Assembly (NCBI GenBank): GCA_964389305.1
Contig: CAYMEK010000018.1
Location: forward strand, 22,203-66,804
DNA from: an uncultured Spirochaetaceae bacterium
Lineage (GTDB): Bacteria; Spirochaetota; Spirochaetia; SZUA-6; DRHE01
Direction of reading: 5' to 3'
Length of the DNA: 44,602 nt
Shown here: positions 1-9,394 of the stretch, one piece after another
Position numbering within the stretch: the first letter of the stretch is position 1
Layout of the letters: every line of letters begins with the position of its first letter
Made by a program: the position numbers and the translations under genes
The notes under the pieces: generated by a model
What the model was told of the DNA's origin: nothing
The model's input: only the letters and a program-made list of their open reading frames with translations
Database searches by the model: none

Positions 1-218
1 CGGTCCTTTCGTACGTGTTTATCTACAAGGTAGTTCTTTCCCAGGGCAGGGTCAACAAAAGGAGACGAGGCGCCCCCGGCCTGCCCGTAGCACGAACCTG
101 CCCTGCAGCGTATGCCTGCCCTGCACAGGGCAGCTGCTCACGGCGCAGACTTGTCGCGGCGTCTGCCGGCTACCGCTATACCTGTCCGCTTTCGTCAGGA
201 AATAGTCACCCATGATCC

Positions 219-247
219 TTGACAGATGAGCGAAGTGGGCGTATCCT
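219..247 (+). promoter_or_regulatory. Putative sigma-70 promoter for the hox operon: TTGACA (219-224), 17-nt spacer, TATCCT (242-247)
   Basis: The hexamers and spacing are visible directly in the sequence, about 100 nt upstream of the hoxF ATG. A strong GAGGAGG RBS precedes the ATG at 347. Confidence 0.35.
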
Positions 248-346
248 GGCAGCAGTAGCAGTGAAGAAATTCACGATATAGCTCCAGCAAATAAATCACC
301 ATAACGTGACTAGAAGAGCTATTTTCCTGGTGAGGAGGCAGCAGGC

Positions 347-2131
347 ATGTCTAAAGCAAATACTGCGTTGATCTCAAAAGTTGTCAAGGAGTACGGAAAA
401 GATCCGCACCGCTTGATGGATATCGTGCGGGATATTCACGCGCAGGAAGGCTATCTATCCGACGACGCAGTGGACGGCATCGCCAAGGCCCTGGGCATTC
501 ACAGAGTGCAGGTCCAGGACATGGTGAGCTTCTATTCCTTCTTCGACCGCGAGCAGGCGGGCAAGTGCACCATCCGCCTCAGCAACTGTGTTGTGGACCG
601 GATGCATGGTATGGAGGAAGTGGCGAAAGCCTTCGAGAAGGAGCTGGGCATCCCGGTCGGCCAGACTACGGAGGACGGGATGATTAGCCTGAGGTACACT
701 TCCTGTACCGGAATGTGCGACCAGGCTCCGGCCGCCCTGGTCAACGGGATAGTGATAACCGGGCTCAAGCCGGATGATGTACCGGCCATCGTGGCGGCGA
801 TCAGGAAAGAAGGGGGCAGGGTCAGCAAGGGCGAGCTTTTCCCCAACGCCGACGTAGAGCCGAACCTGCGCCAGGCAGGGCCGGTGGTGATGGCACCTTT
901 CGAGAACGGAACCGCCATTCGCCAGGCCTTGAATATGAAGCCGGAGGAGGTGATCGAGGAGATCAACAAAAGCCGGCTGCGCGGGCGCGGCGGCGCAGGG
1001 TTTCCCACCGGTATGAAGTGGAGCTTCTGCCGCAAGGCCAAGGGCACCCACTACATCATCTGCAATGCGGATGAAGGGGAACCGGGCACCTTCAAAGACC
1101 GGCTGATCCTGACCGAGCAGGCCGACCTGCTGTTCGAGGGCATGACCATCGCCGGTTATGCGCTCGGCGCGGGAGAAGGCCTTCTGTATCTGCGCGCCGA
1201 GTACAGCTATCTCTGGCCCCACCTGGAACAGGTGCTGGCCCGCCGCCGCCGCCACGGCCTGCTGGGCGAGAACATCGCCGGCCGGGAGGATTTTGACTTC
1301 GATATCCGCATTCAGCTCGGCGCCGGCGCCTACGTCTGCGGCGAGGAATCGTCGCTGATCGAGAGCCTGGAAGGCAAGAGGGGCGCTCCCCGCGACCGGC
1401 CGCCCTATCCCGTTCAGAAGGGCTACCTGGACCAGCCGACCTCGGTCAACAACGTGGAGACACTCTGCTGCGCCGCCCGGGTACTGGAAAAGGGCGGTGA
1501 GTGGTTCGCCCGCTACGGGACCCAGGAATCGACCGGCACCAAGCTGCTGAGCGTTTCCGGCGACTGCTCCCGGCCCGGCGTTTATGAAGTCGAGTACGGA
1601 ATCACGGTCGGCCAACTGCTGAAGCTGGTGGGCGGCGAAGGCGCCCAAGCGGTGCAGGTAGGCGGACCCTCGGGGCACTGTCTGGCCCCCAAAGACCACG
1701 GCCGTAAAATCAGCTTCGAAGATATTCCCACCGGGGGATCGGTGATCGTCTTCGGGCCCAAGAGGGACCTGCTCGAGCAGGTTCTGGCGTTTACCGAGTT
1801 CTTCGTGGAGGAGTCCTGCGGCTGGTGCGTTCCCTGCCGGGTCGGCACCACGCTGCTCAAGATGAAAATGGAGAAAATCCTCGAGGGAAAGGGAACGGCC
1901 TCCGATCTGGAAGAGCTGCGGAAGCTCGGTAACACCGTGAAGACGATGAGCCGCTGCGGACTGGGACAGACGGCGGCCAACCCGATTCTGACCACCCTGC
2001 AGAACTTCCCCGCCCTGTACAAGCAGCGCATCACCGACCGGGCCTTCATCCCGTATTTCGATGTAGAGGGCGCTTTCAGCGAGTACTGTGCGGCGACGGG
2101 CAGAAAGTTCGTGGATGTAGAGGAGGTATGA
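347..2131 (+). CDS. hoxF: NAD(P)-reducing [NiFe]-hydrogenase diaphorase subunit HoxF, with a NuoE-like 2Fe-2S N-terminal domain fused to a NuoF-like FMN/NAD/4Fe-4S domain
   Basis: 594-aa ORF. It carries the C-x3-C motif CTGMCDQAPAALVNG (NuoE-type), the NuoF glycine-rich motif GRGGAGFPTGMKW, and the C-terminal cysteine cluster ESCGWCVPCR. It sits in an operon with hoxU, hoxY and hoxH. Confidence 0.9.
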   Translation: MSKANTALISKVVKEYGKDPHRLMDIVRDIHAQEGYLSDDAVDGIAKALGIHRVQVQDMVSFYSFFDREQAGKCTIRLSNCVVDRMHGMEEVAKAFEKELGIPVGQTTEDGMISLRYTSCTGMCDQAPAALVNGIVITGLKPDDVPAIVAAIRKEGGRVSKGELFPNADVEPNLRQAGPVVMAPFENGTAIRQALNMKPEEVIEEINKSRLRGRGGAGFPTGMKWSFCRKAKGTHYIICNADEGEPGTFKDRLILTEQADLLFEGMTIAGYALGAGEGLLYLRAEYSYLWPHLEQVLARRRRHGLLGENIAGREDFDFDIRIQLGAGAYVCGEESSLIESLEGKRGAPRDRPPYPVQKGYLDQPTSVNNVETLCCAARVLEKGGEWFARYGTQESTGTKLLSVSGDCSRPGVYEVEYGITVGQLLKLVGGEGAQAVQVGGPSGHCLAPKDHGRKISFEDIPTGGSVIVFGPKRDLLEQVLAFTEFFVEESCGWCVPCRVGTTLLKMKMEKILEGKGTASDLEELRKLGNTVKTMSRCGLGQTAANPILTTLQNFPALYKQRITDRAFIPYFDVEGAFSEYCAATGRKFVDVEEV

Positions 2132-2841
2132 GGATGGCAGACAAAGTGAGAATTATCATCGACGGGCAGTCCGTCCAGGCCGCTGCGGGTCAAACGGTCC
2201 TCGAAGCGGCCAGCGAGGCCGGGATCTACATTCCACACCTATGCTTCCACGAGGAGTTGACCCCGGGCGGGCACTGCCGGGTGTGTACGGTAAAGGTAAA
2301 CGGCAAACCGATCAACGCCTGCACCATGGTGGTGGCCGAGGGTATGGTCGTCGAGAACAACACCGAAGAGCTGAACGAGATGCGCAAGAACATCATAGAG
2401 ATGCTGTTCGTGGAGGGAAACCACATCTGCCCGGCCTGCGAAAAGAGCGGCAACTGCGAGCTGCAAGCCCTGGCCTATCGCTTTCAGATGATGGTCCCCG
2501 GTTATCCGTACCTGTTTCCGAAGAAGGAGTTGGACGGCAGCCACCCCAACTTCTTCATAGACCGAAACCGCTGCGTGCTCTGCGGACGCTGCGTCCGCTC
2601 GTCCATGGAGGTCGACGGCAAACGGGTATTCGGATTCGAAGGCAGAGGGATCAACAAGCGCCTGATCGTAGACGCCCGTCACGGACTATCCGAAACCGAC
2701 CTGAAGGCGGCGGACAAGGCGGCCAGCTACTGCCCTACGGGCAGCTTGATGGTCAAGCGGGTGGGCTGGAAAATGCCCATAGGCACCCGTAAGTTCGACA
2801 AACAGCCGATCGGCGCCGACATAGAAGGAAAGAGAGGTTGA
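2128..2841 (+). CDS. hoxU: Hydrogenase diaphorase iron-sulfur subunit HoxU (NuoG N-terminal-like, 2Fe-2S plus 4Fe-4S)
   Basis: 237-aa ORF overlapping the hoxF stop. It has the cysteine clusters CRVCTV, CPACEKSGNCELQ and CVLCGRCVR, typical of the NuoG/HoxU N-terminal ferredoxin domain. Confidence 0.85.
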   Translation: MRMADKVRIIIDGQSVQAAAGQTVLEAASEAGIYIPHLCFHEELTPGGHCRVCTVKVNGKPINACTMVVAEGMVVENNTEELNEMRKNIIEMLFVEGNHICPACEKSGNCELQALAYRFQMMVPGYPYLFPKKELDGSHPNFFIDRNRCVLCGRCVRSSMEVDGKRVFGFEGRGINKRLIVDARHGLSETDLKAADKAASYCPTGSLMVKRVGWKMPIGTRKFDKQPIGADIEGKRG

Positions 2842-3389
2842 TCATGGCCAAGGTAAAGGTAGCAACGACGGCACTGACCTCCTGCTTCGGATGTCATATG
2901 TCGATTCTCGATATCGACGAGCGCCTGCTCGATCTGATCGAGCTAGTGGAGTTTGACAAGTCCCCCATCGACGACAAAAAGCAATTTACCGGCCCTGTGG
3001 ACGTGGGCATCATTGAGGGAGGGGTCTCCAACGACGAGAACCTGGAAGTGGCCCGGGAGTTCAGAAAGCACTGCCAGATACTGATATCCATCGGGGAATG
3101 CGCCATCGAGGGAAATATCCCCGCGTACCGCAACATGGTGCCGCTGAAGGAATGCCTGGAAGAGGCCTACCTCAACGGACCAACGGTGGTGAACCCTGCG
3201 GGGAAGATCCCCGACGACCCGGACATCCCCATTCTGATGAACAAGGTCTATCCGGTCCATGAAGTGGTCAAGGTGGACTACTTCATGCCGGGTTGTCCGC
3301 CCCCGGCAGACCAGATCTGGGCGATCCTATCGGCCCTGCTGACAGGCAAGCCGATCGAGCTGCCCTACGAGTACCTGAAGAAGGATTAA
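2838..3389 (+). CDS. hoxY: Group 3 [NiFe]-hydrogenase small (delta) subunit HoxY
   Basis: 183 aa. Its N-terminal TSCFGCHMS cysteine motif and short length match group-3 small subunits. It overlaps the hoxU stop, which suggests translational coupling. Confidence 0.85.
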   Translation: MIMAKVKVATTALTSCFGCHMSILDIDERLLDLIELVEFDKSPIDDKKQFTGPVDVGIIEGGVSNDENLEVAREFRKHCQILISIGECAIEGNIPAYRNMVPLKECLEEAYLNGPTVVNPAGKIPDDPDIPILMNKVYPVHEVVKVDYFMPGCPPPADQIWAILSALLTGKPIELPYEYLKKD

Positions 3390-3405
3390 AGGGAGAGAGC
3401 AAGCG

Positions 3406-4854
3406 ATGAGCACTGCGCTTAAAGATAAGACAAGAAAAATCGTCATCAGCCCGGTGACGCGGGTGGAGGGGCACGGTAAGGTCACCATCCGCCTGGACGA
3501 GAAAGGCAAGGTCGATTACGCCCGTTTTCACATCGTGGAGTTCCGGGGCTTCGAGCGCTTTGCCCAGGGGCGCTTCTATTGGGAGATGCCGGTGTTGATC
3601 CAGCGCCTGTGCGGGATCTGCCCGGTCAGTCATCACCTCTGCGCGGCCAAGGCTACCGACGTGATCGTCGGCGCAGACAAGATCCCGGTCACGGCGGAGA
3701 AGATGCGCCGGTTGATGCACTTCGGCCAGACCCTTCAGTCCCACGCCCTGCACTTCTTCCACCTCTGTTCACCGGATTTTCTCTTCGGTTTCGATGCCGA
3801 TCCGGCCGTTCGAAACGTGATCGGGGTGGCCCAGAAGCACCCCGACCTGGCCAAGATGGCCATACTGATGCGCAAATACGGACAGGAGGTGATCAAGGCC
3901 ACGGCCGGCAAGAAGATCCACGGTACCGGGGCCATTCCGGGAGGGATCAATAAGAACCTGTCGATCGAGGAGCGGGACTTCTTGAGAAAGGACGTCGACC
4001 AGATAGTCCAGTGGTCTGTTGATGGATTGAACCTGTTCAAGAAGATCTTCCACGACGATGCCAAGTACCTGTCCGGCTTCGCCGCCTTCGACTCCAATCA
4101 CCTCAGTCTGGTGAGGGCCGACGGCTGCCTGGACATCTACGACGGGCTTTTGAGGGCCAAGGCGGCGGACGGCAAGATCATCTTCGACGGTGTGGCGCCC
4201 AAGGATTACCTGGAGTACATCCGTGAAGAGGTGAGGCCCTGGAGTTATATGAAGTTCCCCTTCATAAAGAGCCTGGGTATGGAGAAGGGCTGGTACCGAG
4301 TGGGACCTTTGGCCCGGATCAACAACTGCGATTTTATCGACAGCCCGCTGGCCGAGAAGGAGCGGCAGGAATTCATGGGCTTGAGCGGAGGCAAGCCGAA
4401 CAACTCCAGCCTGGCTTACCACTGGGCCCGTTTGATCGAGACGCTGTATTGCGCCGAGAAGATCAAGGAGATGCTCGACGACAAGGATCTTCAGGGCAGC
4501 GACCTGGTGACCGAAGGCCGTCATCGCAGCGAGGGCATCGCCATTCTCGAAGCGCCGCGGGGAACGCTGTTCCATCACTACCGGGTGAACGACACCGATC
4601 AGATCGTCATGGCCAACCTGATCGTGTCTACTACGAACAACAACGAGCCGATGAACCAGGCCGTACAGTGGGTGGCCAGGAACGAGCTGGAAGGAAAGGA
4701 GATCACGGAGGGGCTGCTCAATCACGTGGAGGTGGCCATCCGGGCCTACGATCCCTGCCTGAGCTGCGCGACCCATGCGGTGGGCCGGATGCCCCTGGCC
4801 GTACGCCTCGAAGGTCCCGATGGGATCGTGATCGACGAACGGGTAAAGGACTAG
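3406..4854 (+). CDS. hoxH: [NiFe]-hydrogenase large subunit HoxH
   Basis: 482 aa. It has the N-terminal RVEGHG and RLCGICPVSH (CxxC) motifs. The C-terminus is DPCLSCATH (the DPCxxCxxH Ni-ligand motif) followed by an extension that the maturation endopeptidase would cleave. Confidence 0.9.
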   Translation: MSTALKDKTRKIVISPVTRVEGHGKVTIRLDEKGKVDYARFHIVEFRGFERFAQGRFYWEMPVLIQRLCGICPVSHHLCAAKATDVIVGADKIPVTAEKMRRLMHFGQTLQSHALHFFHLCSPDFLFGFDADPAVRNVIGVAQKHPDLAKMAILMRKYGQEVIKATAGKKIHGTGAIPGGINKNLSIEERDFLRKDVDQIVQWSVDGLNLFKKIFHDDAKYLSGFAAFDSNHLSLVRADGCLDIYDGLLRAKAADGKIIFDGVAPKDYLEYIREEVRPWSYMKFPFIKSLGMEKGWYRVGPLARINNCDFIDSPLAEKERQEFMGLSGGKPNNSSLAYHWARLIETLYCAEKIKEMLDDKDLQGSDLVTEGRHRSEGIAILEAPRGTLFHHYRVNDTDQIVMANLIVSTTNNNEPMNQAVQWVARNELEGKEITEGLLNHVEVAIRAYDPCLSCATHAVGRMPLAVRLEGPDGIVIDERVKD

Positions 4855-4969
4855 ACGAACGGAAAGCGGTCGCGGTGCGGGGGAGGCCGGGACAGGCGGG
4901 CAGCAGCCGCAGGTCCTGGTTCTGGGCTATGGCAACCCCGGACGCCGGGATGACGGCCTTGGGCCTGCC

Positions 4970-5737
4970 GTGGTCACCGAGCTGGAGAAGCTCGAATTAG
5001 CCGGGTTGGCCTTGGATGCAGACTATCAGCTCGCAATCGAGCATGCGGCCGACCTGGCTCAGGCAGACCGGGTGGTATTCGTAGACGCGGCGTTGAAAGG
5101 GCCCGAACCCTTCCAGGTAAGGCGGCTGGAGCCCGCGGCGGCCGTCGAGTTCACGACCCACGAGGTCAGGCCGGAAGCTGTACTGGCCATCTGCGAGCAA
5201 ACCTACGGGCGCAAACCCGAGGCGGTGCTGATAGGCATACGAGGCTACTCCTTCGAGTTCGGCGAGGAGCTCACGGAGAAGGCCCGGGAGAACAAGAGCA
5301 AGGCTTTAGAGCTACTATTACTACTTATCGATCAGTGGAGAGGGAAAATTATGGCAGGTGAAACCGGAAAAACGGTCCTCATCATCGACGACGACCCGGA
5401 TATCCGGGCGGCTACGCGCATCGTTCTGGAGTCGGCCGGCTTCGTCGTGGGGGAAGCTTCTACGGGAGAGGAGGGTCTGAAAACGGCCCGAAAGATCAAC
5501 CCGGATGTGATCCTCCTGGACCTGATGATGGAAACAGTGGATGCCGGGAGCAAGGTCTCGACCCAGCTCAAGGAGGCCGGGTTTACCGCCCCCATTTTCC
5601 TGCTTAGTTCCGTGGGGGATGCGGTGCGGTATAATATCGATGCAAAAGAGCTCGGACTGGCCGGTATCTTTCAGAAGCCCATCGACCACAAGACGCTCCT
5701 GTCTACCTTGAGGGCGGAGCTGGGGATCAAGGATTAA
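4970..5737 (+). CDS. hoxW: Hydrogenase maturation endopeptidase (HoxW/HycI/HybD family) reading in frame into a CheY-like receiver (REC) domain. The true start lies upstream of the GTG at 4970, at or before about 4910, with no canonical start codon. The REC domain may have its own start at ATG 5351.
   Basis: The same frame upstream of 4970 encodes QVLVLGYGNPGRRDDGLGPAVV. This carries the essential GNxxxDDGxG motif, and VFVDA and THEV supply the other Ni-binding residues. From ATG 5351 (RBS GGAGAGGG) the sequence encodes a complete receiver: IIDDDPD, LLDLMM and KP. There is no stop codon between the two parts. Confidence 0.6.
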   Translation: MVTELEKLELAGLALDADYQLAIEHAADLAQADRVVFVDAALKGPEPFQVRRLEPAAAVEFTTHEVRPEAVLAICEQTYGRKPEAVLIGIRGYSFEFGEELTEKARENKSKALELLLLLIDQWRGKIMAGETGKTVLIIDDDPDIRAATRIVLESAGFVVGEASTGEEGLKTARKINPDVILLDLMMETVDAGSKVSTQLKEAGFTAPIFLLSSVGDAVRYNIDAKELGLAGIFQKPIDHKTLLSTLRAELGIKD

Positions 5738-5784
5738 CGGCGGGTCTGATAGAGCAGCGCTGCCCCGGGTGCTCAAAGCCGCAA

Positions 5785-5814
5785 CGGCAACAGCCTGTTT
5801 CTTTCTGGTTGCCG
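5785..5814. terminator. Possible bidirectional hairpin between convergent genes (CGGCAAC ... GTTGCCG, with a T-rich loop)
   Basis: A 7-bp inverted repeat lies in the 188-nt gap between the end of hoxW-REC (5737) and the end of the minus-strand gene (5926). The evidence is weak because the loop is large. Confidence 0.2.
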
Positions 5815-5925
5815 CGGGCCGCTGGGTCTGTCTTTCCCGGTCCGGCGCAGTTGAACCGGCAAACGTCCTGCTCGTCTCTCTGAGCTGCGGCCTGCCGGCG
5901 GCGGGCATCGCCGTTACAGCGCCCT

Positions 5926-6336
5926 CTAGTCGAGCTTGGACAGGAGCCGCTCCTCGATTTCTTTGATCCGCCTGTTGATCAGGTTGATCTGGAACTCGAT
6001 AGAATTGAGGACCCAGAACTGAAAGTGATCGACCTTGCTCTGGCGGTAGATCATCCAGATTATCTTTAGAGAGACGAGCAGCAGAGCCAGCTCCATGGAG
6101 AGAAAGCGGGGCAGGGCCGGAACGGCGAACCCGAAAATCTCCCGCAGCACGTCGAAAACGAACAAGCCTACTACCACCACCAGAAAAGCGACATTGATCA
6201 GGCGATCCTGGCGCTTGGACGTGCTCCCGCCGATCTGGCCGATGACCCTGCGTATTCGTTCCTTCTCTGTCTTGTAGTGCTCCAACTCCTGGCGTAAGAT
6301 CTCAGCTTCGTCCATGGCCTTCAGGGTAGACTTCAT
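5926..6336 (-). CDS. Hypothetical small membrane protein (N-terminal coiled-coil segment and two predicted transmembrane helices)
   Basis: 136-aa ORF with coding-like composition. Two hydrophobic stretches are present: INVAFLVVVVGLFVF and LALLLVSLKIIWMIY. The charged heptad-like termini contain no motif I recognise. Confidence 0.45.
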   Translation of the reverse strand: MKSTLKAMDEAEILRQELEHYKTEKERIRRVIGQIGGSTSKRQDRLINVAFLVVVVGLFVFDVLREIFGFAVPALPRFLSMELALLLVSLKIIWMIYRQSKVDHFQFWVLNSIEFQINLINRRIKEIEERLLSKLD

Positions 6337-6457
6337 TCTGCCCTGGCGTCAAGGTTGAGGATTCGCGGCCGAAGCCGGGCAGATGCATTCAGAGGCCCGG
6401 AATTGACTTGATTCGAAGGCTCAAATTCTGTTTATTCTCTGTAACGGAGGCTTAGGA

Positions 6458-9379
6458 ATGCTGGCGAAAATCCGAGTGAAACTTCAACGTCTGCTCGGGC
6501 TGCTCCCGGCGGGCTTTTTCATAGTTGTTCTGGCTGCGCTTCTGAGCGTTTGCGGCTGCGCCGGCCAGGCTGCCGCCGCCGCCGAGCCTGCGCCGGTTCG
6601 GGACCTGGCGGCCGTGACCGCGGAGGTGCCGCCCGATCTGGCGCCAGGGGCGGTTCTTCCGGTCGATCCCGAAGTGCGGCTGGGAAGGCTGGACAACGGA
6701 TTGACCTACTACGTACGGGCCAACCGCAAGCCGGAAAATCGGGCCGAGCTGAGGCTGGTGGTAAACGCCGGCAGTATTCTGGAGGACGAGGACCAGCTCG
6801 GACTGGCCCACTTTGTCGAGCACATGGCCTTCAACGGCACCGAGCATTTCGAGAAGCAGGAAATCGTGGACTACCTGGAATCGATCGGCATGCCTTTCGG
6901 GCCGGAGGTGAACGCCTACACGACCTACGATGAAACCGTGTACCTGCTGCAGGTCCCCACCGAGGACCCCGAGGTCATGGAAACGGCCGTACAGATCCTG
7001 GAGGACTGGGCCCACCTGATCAGCTTCGATCCCGAGGAGGTGAACAAGGAGCGGCCGGTGATCGTAGAGGAGTGGAGGCTGGGCCGGGGAGCCGAAGCGC
7101 GCCTGAGGGACCGGCAGCACCCGGTGCTGTTCAAGGATTCCCGCTATGCCGAAAGGCGGCCGATAGGGGAGATGAGAATCGTCGAGAACGCCGGCCTCCT
7201 GTCCCTGCGCCGCTTCTACCGCGACTGGTACCGTCCCGATCTGATGGCCGTGATCGCGGTGGGTGATTTTGACGCCGGGTGGATGGAAGAGCTGCTGCGG
7301 CGGAGCTTCGGCAGGCTTCAGGCGCCCGAATCTCCACGGGAACGGAGCGTGTACCCGGTGCCGGCCCAGACGAAGACCCTGTACGCCCCGGCAACGGACC
7401 CGGAAGCCACTTCGACCAGGGTAAGCCTGTACGTGAAGAGCGAGCCGCAAGTGCTGGAAACGGTGGCGGATTACCGCCGCGAGCTGGTGCAGTTCATGTA
7501 CAACGGGATGCTGAACGAACGCTTGCAGGAGCTGGCCAGGAAGGCCGACGCTTCCTTCGTGACGGCTGGCTCGCTTACCCGCAGGCTCATCCGTCCCCTG
7601 GAGGCGTACATACTTGCCGCCCGGGTGCGGGAGGCGCGCATCGTCGAATCCCTGGAGGTACTGCTGACCGAAACCGAACGGGTCAGGCGCTACGGCTTCA
7701 CCGCCTCGGAGCTCGCTCGAGTAAAGGAGAGCGTCCTGACCTGGATCGAGCGGATATACCGGGAGCGGGACAACCTCGAATCCGAGGAGCTGGCCGGCGG
7801 CTTCACCTCCCATTTCCTGGAACAGGAGCCGATACCGTCGGTGGAGTACGAATACCGGCTGATCCGGGAGTACCTGCCTCGCATCACCCTGGAGGAAGTC
7901 AATGCCCTGGCGCAGGAGATTCTCGGCCAAGACAACCGGGTAGTGCTGGTGAGCGCCCCGGAGAGCGAGGCCGCCGCCGTCCCCGAGCGGGCCGAAGTCC
8001 TGGCTCTGTTCGATGAGGTAGCCTCCAGGGAGCTCAGTCCCTATGAAGACACGGTGCTCGAGGGCCCGCTGTTTACCGCCGCCCTCGACCGGGCCGAACT
8101 GGACAGCGAAACCGAGATCGCCGAGCTTGGCCTGCACGAGCTGAAACTCTCGAACGGAGTCCGGGTGGTGCTCAAGCCCACCGACTTCAAGAAGGAGCAG
8201 ATCCTGTTCGCCGCCTTCAGTCCCGGCGGCCATTCCCGCGTGTCCGAGGAGCAGTACGTGGCCGCCGTGACCGCCTGTCCCATCGTAACCGAGAGCGGAG
8301 TCGATGGCTTCGACTCTATCCAGCTGCAGAAGATGCTGGCCGGAAAAACCGTTTCGGTAGATCCCTGGATCGGCGAGCTGTACGAAGGAATGCGGGGCAG
8401 CGCGCGTCCCGAGGACCTGGAGACGCTGTTTCAACTTATCTACCTGTACTTCACCGAACCCCGGCGGGACCTGGAGGGCTATCAGGCCTACAAGCAGCGC
8501 CTCCAGACCATGGTGGCGAACCGGGCCTCCTCCCCCGAAGCCGTTTTCTGGGACACGGTGCAGACGGCTGTCTCCGGGGGGCATTTTCGGAGACGCCCCT
8601 GGACCCCAGCAGTGCTGGAGGAAATGGACCTGGATGTCTCACTGGCGGTATACCGGGAGCGCTTCGCCGATGCCGGGGATTTCACCTTCGTTTTTACGGG
8701 TACCTTCACTCTGCAGCAGATACGCCCGCTCGCCGTCGCCTACCTGGGCTCCCTGCCCGCTAGCGGCCGGTTGGAATCATGGCGTGACTTAGGCATCGAT
8801 CCGCCTCGGGGAATCGTGGAGCGGGAAGTGCGCAAAGGGATCGAGAACCGCAGCCGGGTCGAGATCGTGTTCAGCGGCGGTACGGAGTGGTCGCTTGAAA
8901 GACGGCTCGAGCTGGAAGCCCTGAAGCAGGTTCTGGGCATCGCGCTGAGGGAAAACGTCCGGGAGGAAGCGGGAGGCTCCTATGACATCGGGGTGGCTGC
9001 CGAGCTGAACCGCTATCCGGACGAGGAATATTTCGTCTATGTGGGCTTCGGCTGCGCTCCCGAGCAGGTGGAGTCCCTTACCGCGCTGGTGTTCGAGCAG
9101 GTGGCCGACCTGCGCAGGCGGGGACCGCCCGGAGAGGACGTGGCCAAGGTCAGGGAGATCCTGCGGCGTGAGCACGAGCAGAACCTCCGGGAGAACGAGT
9201 ACTGGCTGGGGGTGCTGCAGCTCGCCTACCTCAACGATCTCGATCCCCGGGTCCTTTTGGACTTCGACCGGAGGCTTCAGAACGTCACGACCGACCGCCT
9301 GCGCAGCCTGGCCGTGGAGACCCTCCGGCCGGACAGCTACCTGCGGGTGGTGCTCTATCCCGAGGATTATTCCGGCTAG
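6458..9379 (+). CDS. Secreted, possibly lipoprotein, M16-family zinc metallopeptidase (pitrilysin/insulinase-like, two-halves architecture)
   Basis: 973 aa. It has an N-terminal signal peptide with cysteines (LLSVCGCAG). The inverted zincin motif HFVEHMAFNGTEHFE (HxxEH ... E) is present, and the length is consistent with tandem M16 and M16_C halves. Confidence 0.9.
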   Translation: MLAKIRVKLQRLLGLLPAGFFIVVLAALLSVCGCAGQAAAAAEPAPVRDLAAVTAEVPPDLAPGAVLPVDPEVRLGRLDNGLTYYVRANRKPENRAELRLVVNAGSILEDEDQLGLAHFVEHMAFNGTEHFEKQEIVDYLESIGMPFGPEVNAYTTYDETVYLLQVPTEDPEVMETAVQILEDWAHLISFDPEEVNKERPVIVEEWRLGRGAEARLRDRQHPVLFKDSRYAERRPIGEMRIVENAGLLSLRRFYRDWYRPDLMAVIAVGDFDAGWMEELLRRSFGRLQAPESPRERSVYPVPAQTKTLYAPATDPEATSTRVSLYVKSEPQVLETVADYRRELVQFMYNGMLNERLQELARKADASFVTAGSLTRRLIRPLEAYILAARVREARIVESLEVLLTETERVRRYGFTASELARVKESVLTWIERIYRERDNLESEELAGGFTSHFLEQEPIPSVEYEYRLIREYLPRITLEEVNALAQEILGQDNRVVLVSAPESEAAAVPERAEVLALFDEVASRELSPYEDTVLEGPLFTAALDRAELDSETEIAELGLHELKLSNGVRVVLKPTDFKKEQILFAAFSPGGHSRVSEEQYVAAVTACPIVTESGVDGFDSIQLQKMLAGKTVSVDPWIGELYEGMRGSARPEDLETLFQLIYLYFTEPRRDLEGYQAYKQRLQTMVANRASSPEAVFWDTVQTAVSGGHFRRRPWTPAVLEEMDLDVSLAVYRERFADAGDFTFVFTGTFTLQQIRPLAVAYLGSLPASGRLESWRDLGIDPPRGIVEREVRKGIENRSRVEIVFSGGTEWSLERRLELEALKQVLGIALRENVREEAGGSYDIGVAAELNRYPDEEYFVYVGFGCAPEQVESLTALVFEQVADLRRRGPPGEDVAKVREILRREHEQNLRENEYWLGVLQLAYLNDLDPRVLLDFDRRLQNVTTDRLRSLAVETLRPDSYLRVVLYPEDYSG

Positions 9380-9394
9380 GCGCAAGAGAGACGC

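Noticed and set aside
225-270. Sigma-54 promoter upstream of the hox operon (CTGGCAGCAGTAGCAGT)
   Set aside because: The GG-to-GC spacing is 8 nt instead of 10, so it does not fit the -24/-12 geometry. A sigma-70-like TTGACA-N17-TATCCT promoter fits better.
455-1699. 414-aa minus-strand ORF, plus nested ORFs at 532-1047 (-) and 1158-1358 (+), lying inside hoxF
   Set aside because: They are antisense or off-frame to a gene with unmistakable NuoE/NuoF motifs. High-GC DNA yields long spurious ORFs. The translations are low-complexity and Arg/Ala/Gly/Pro-rich with no motifs.
6452-8584. 710-aa minus-strand ORF antisense to the M16 peptidase gene
   Set aside because: The plus strand encodes the HxxEH zinc-peptidase with a signal peptide. 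The antisense product is G/P/R/L-rich with no recognisable domain.
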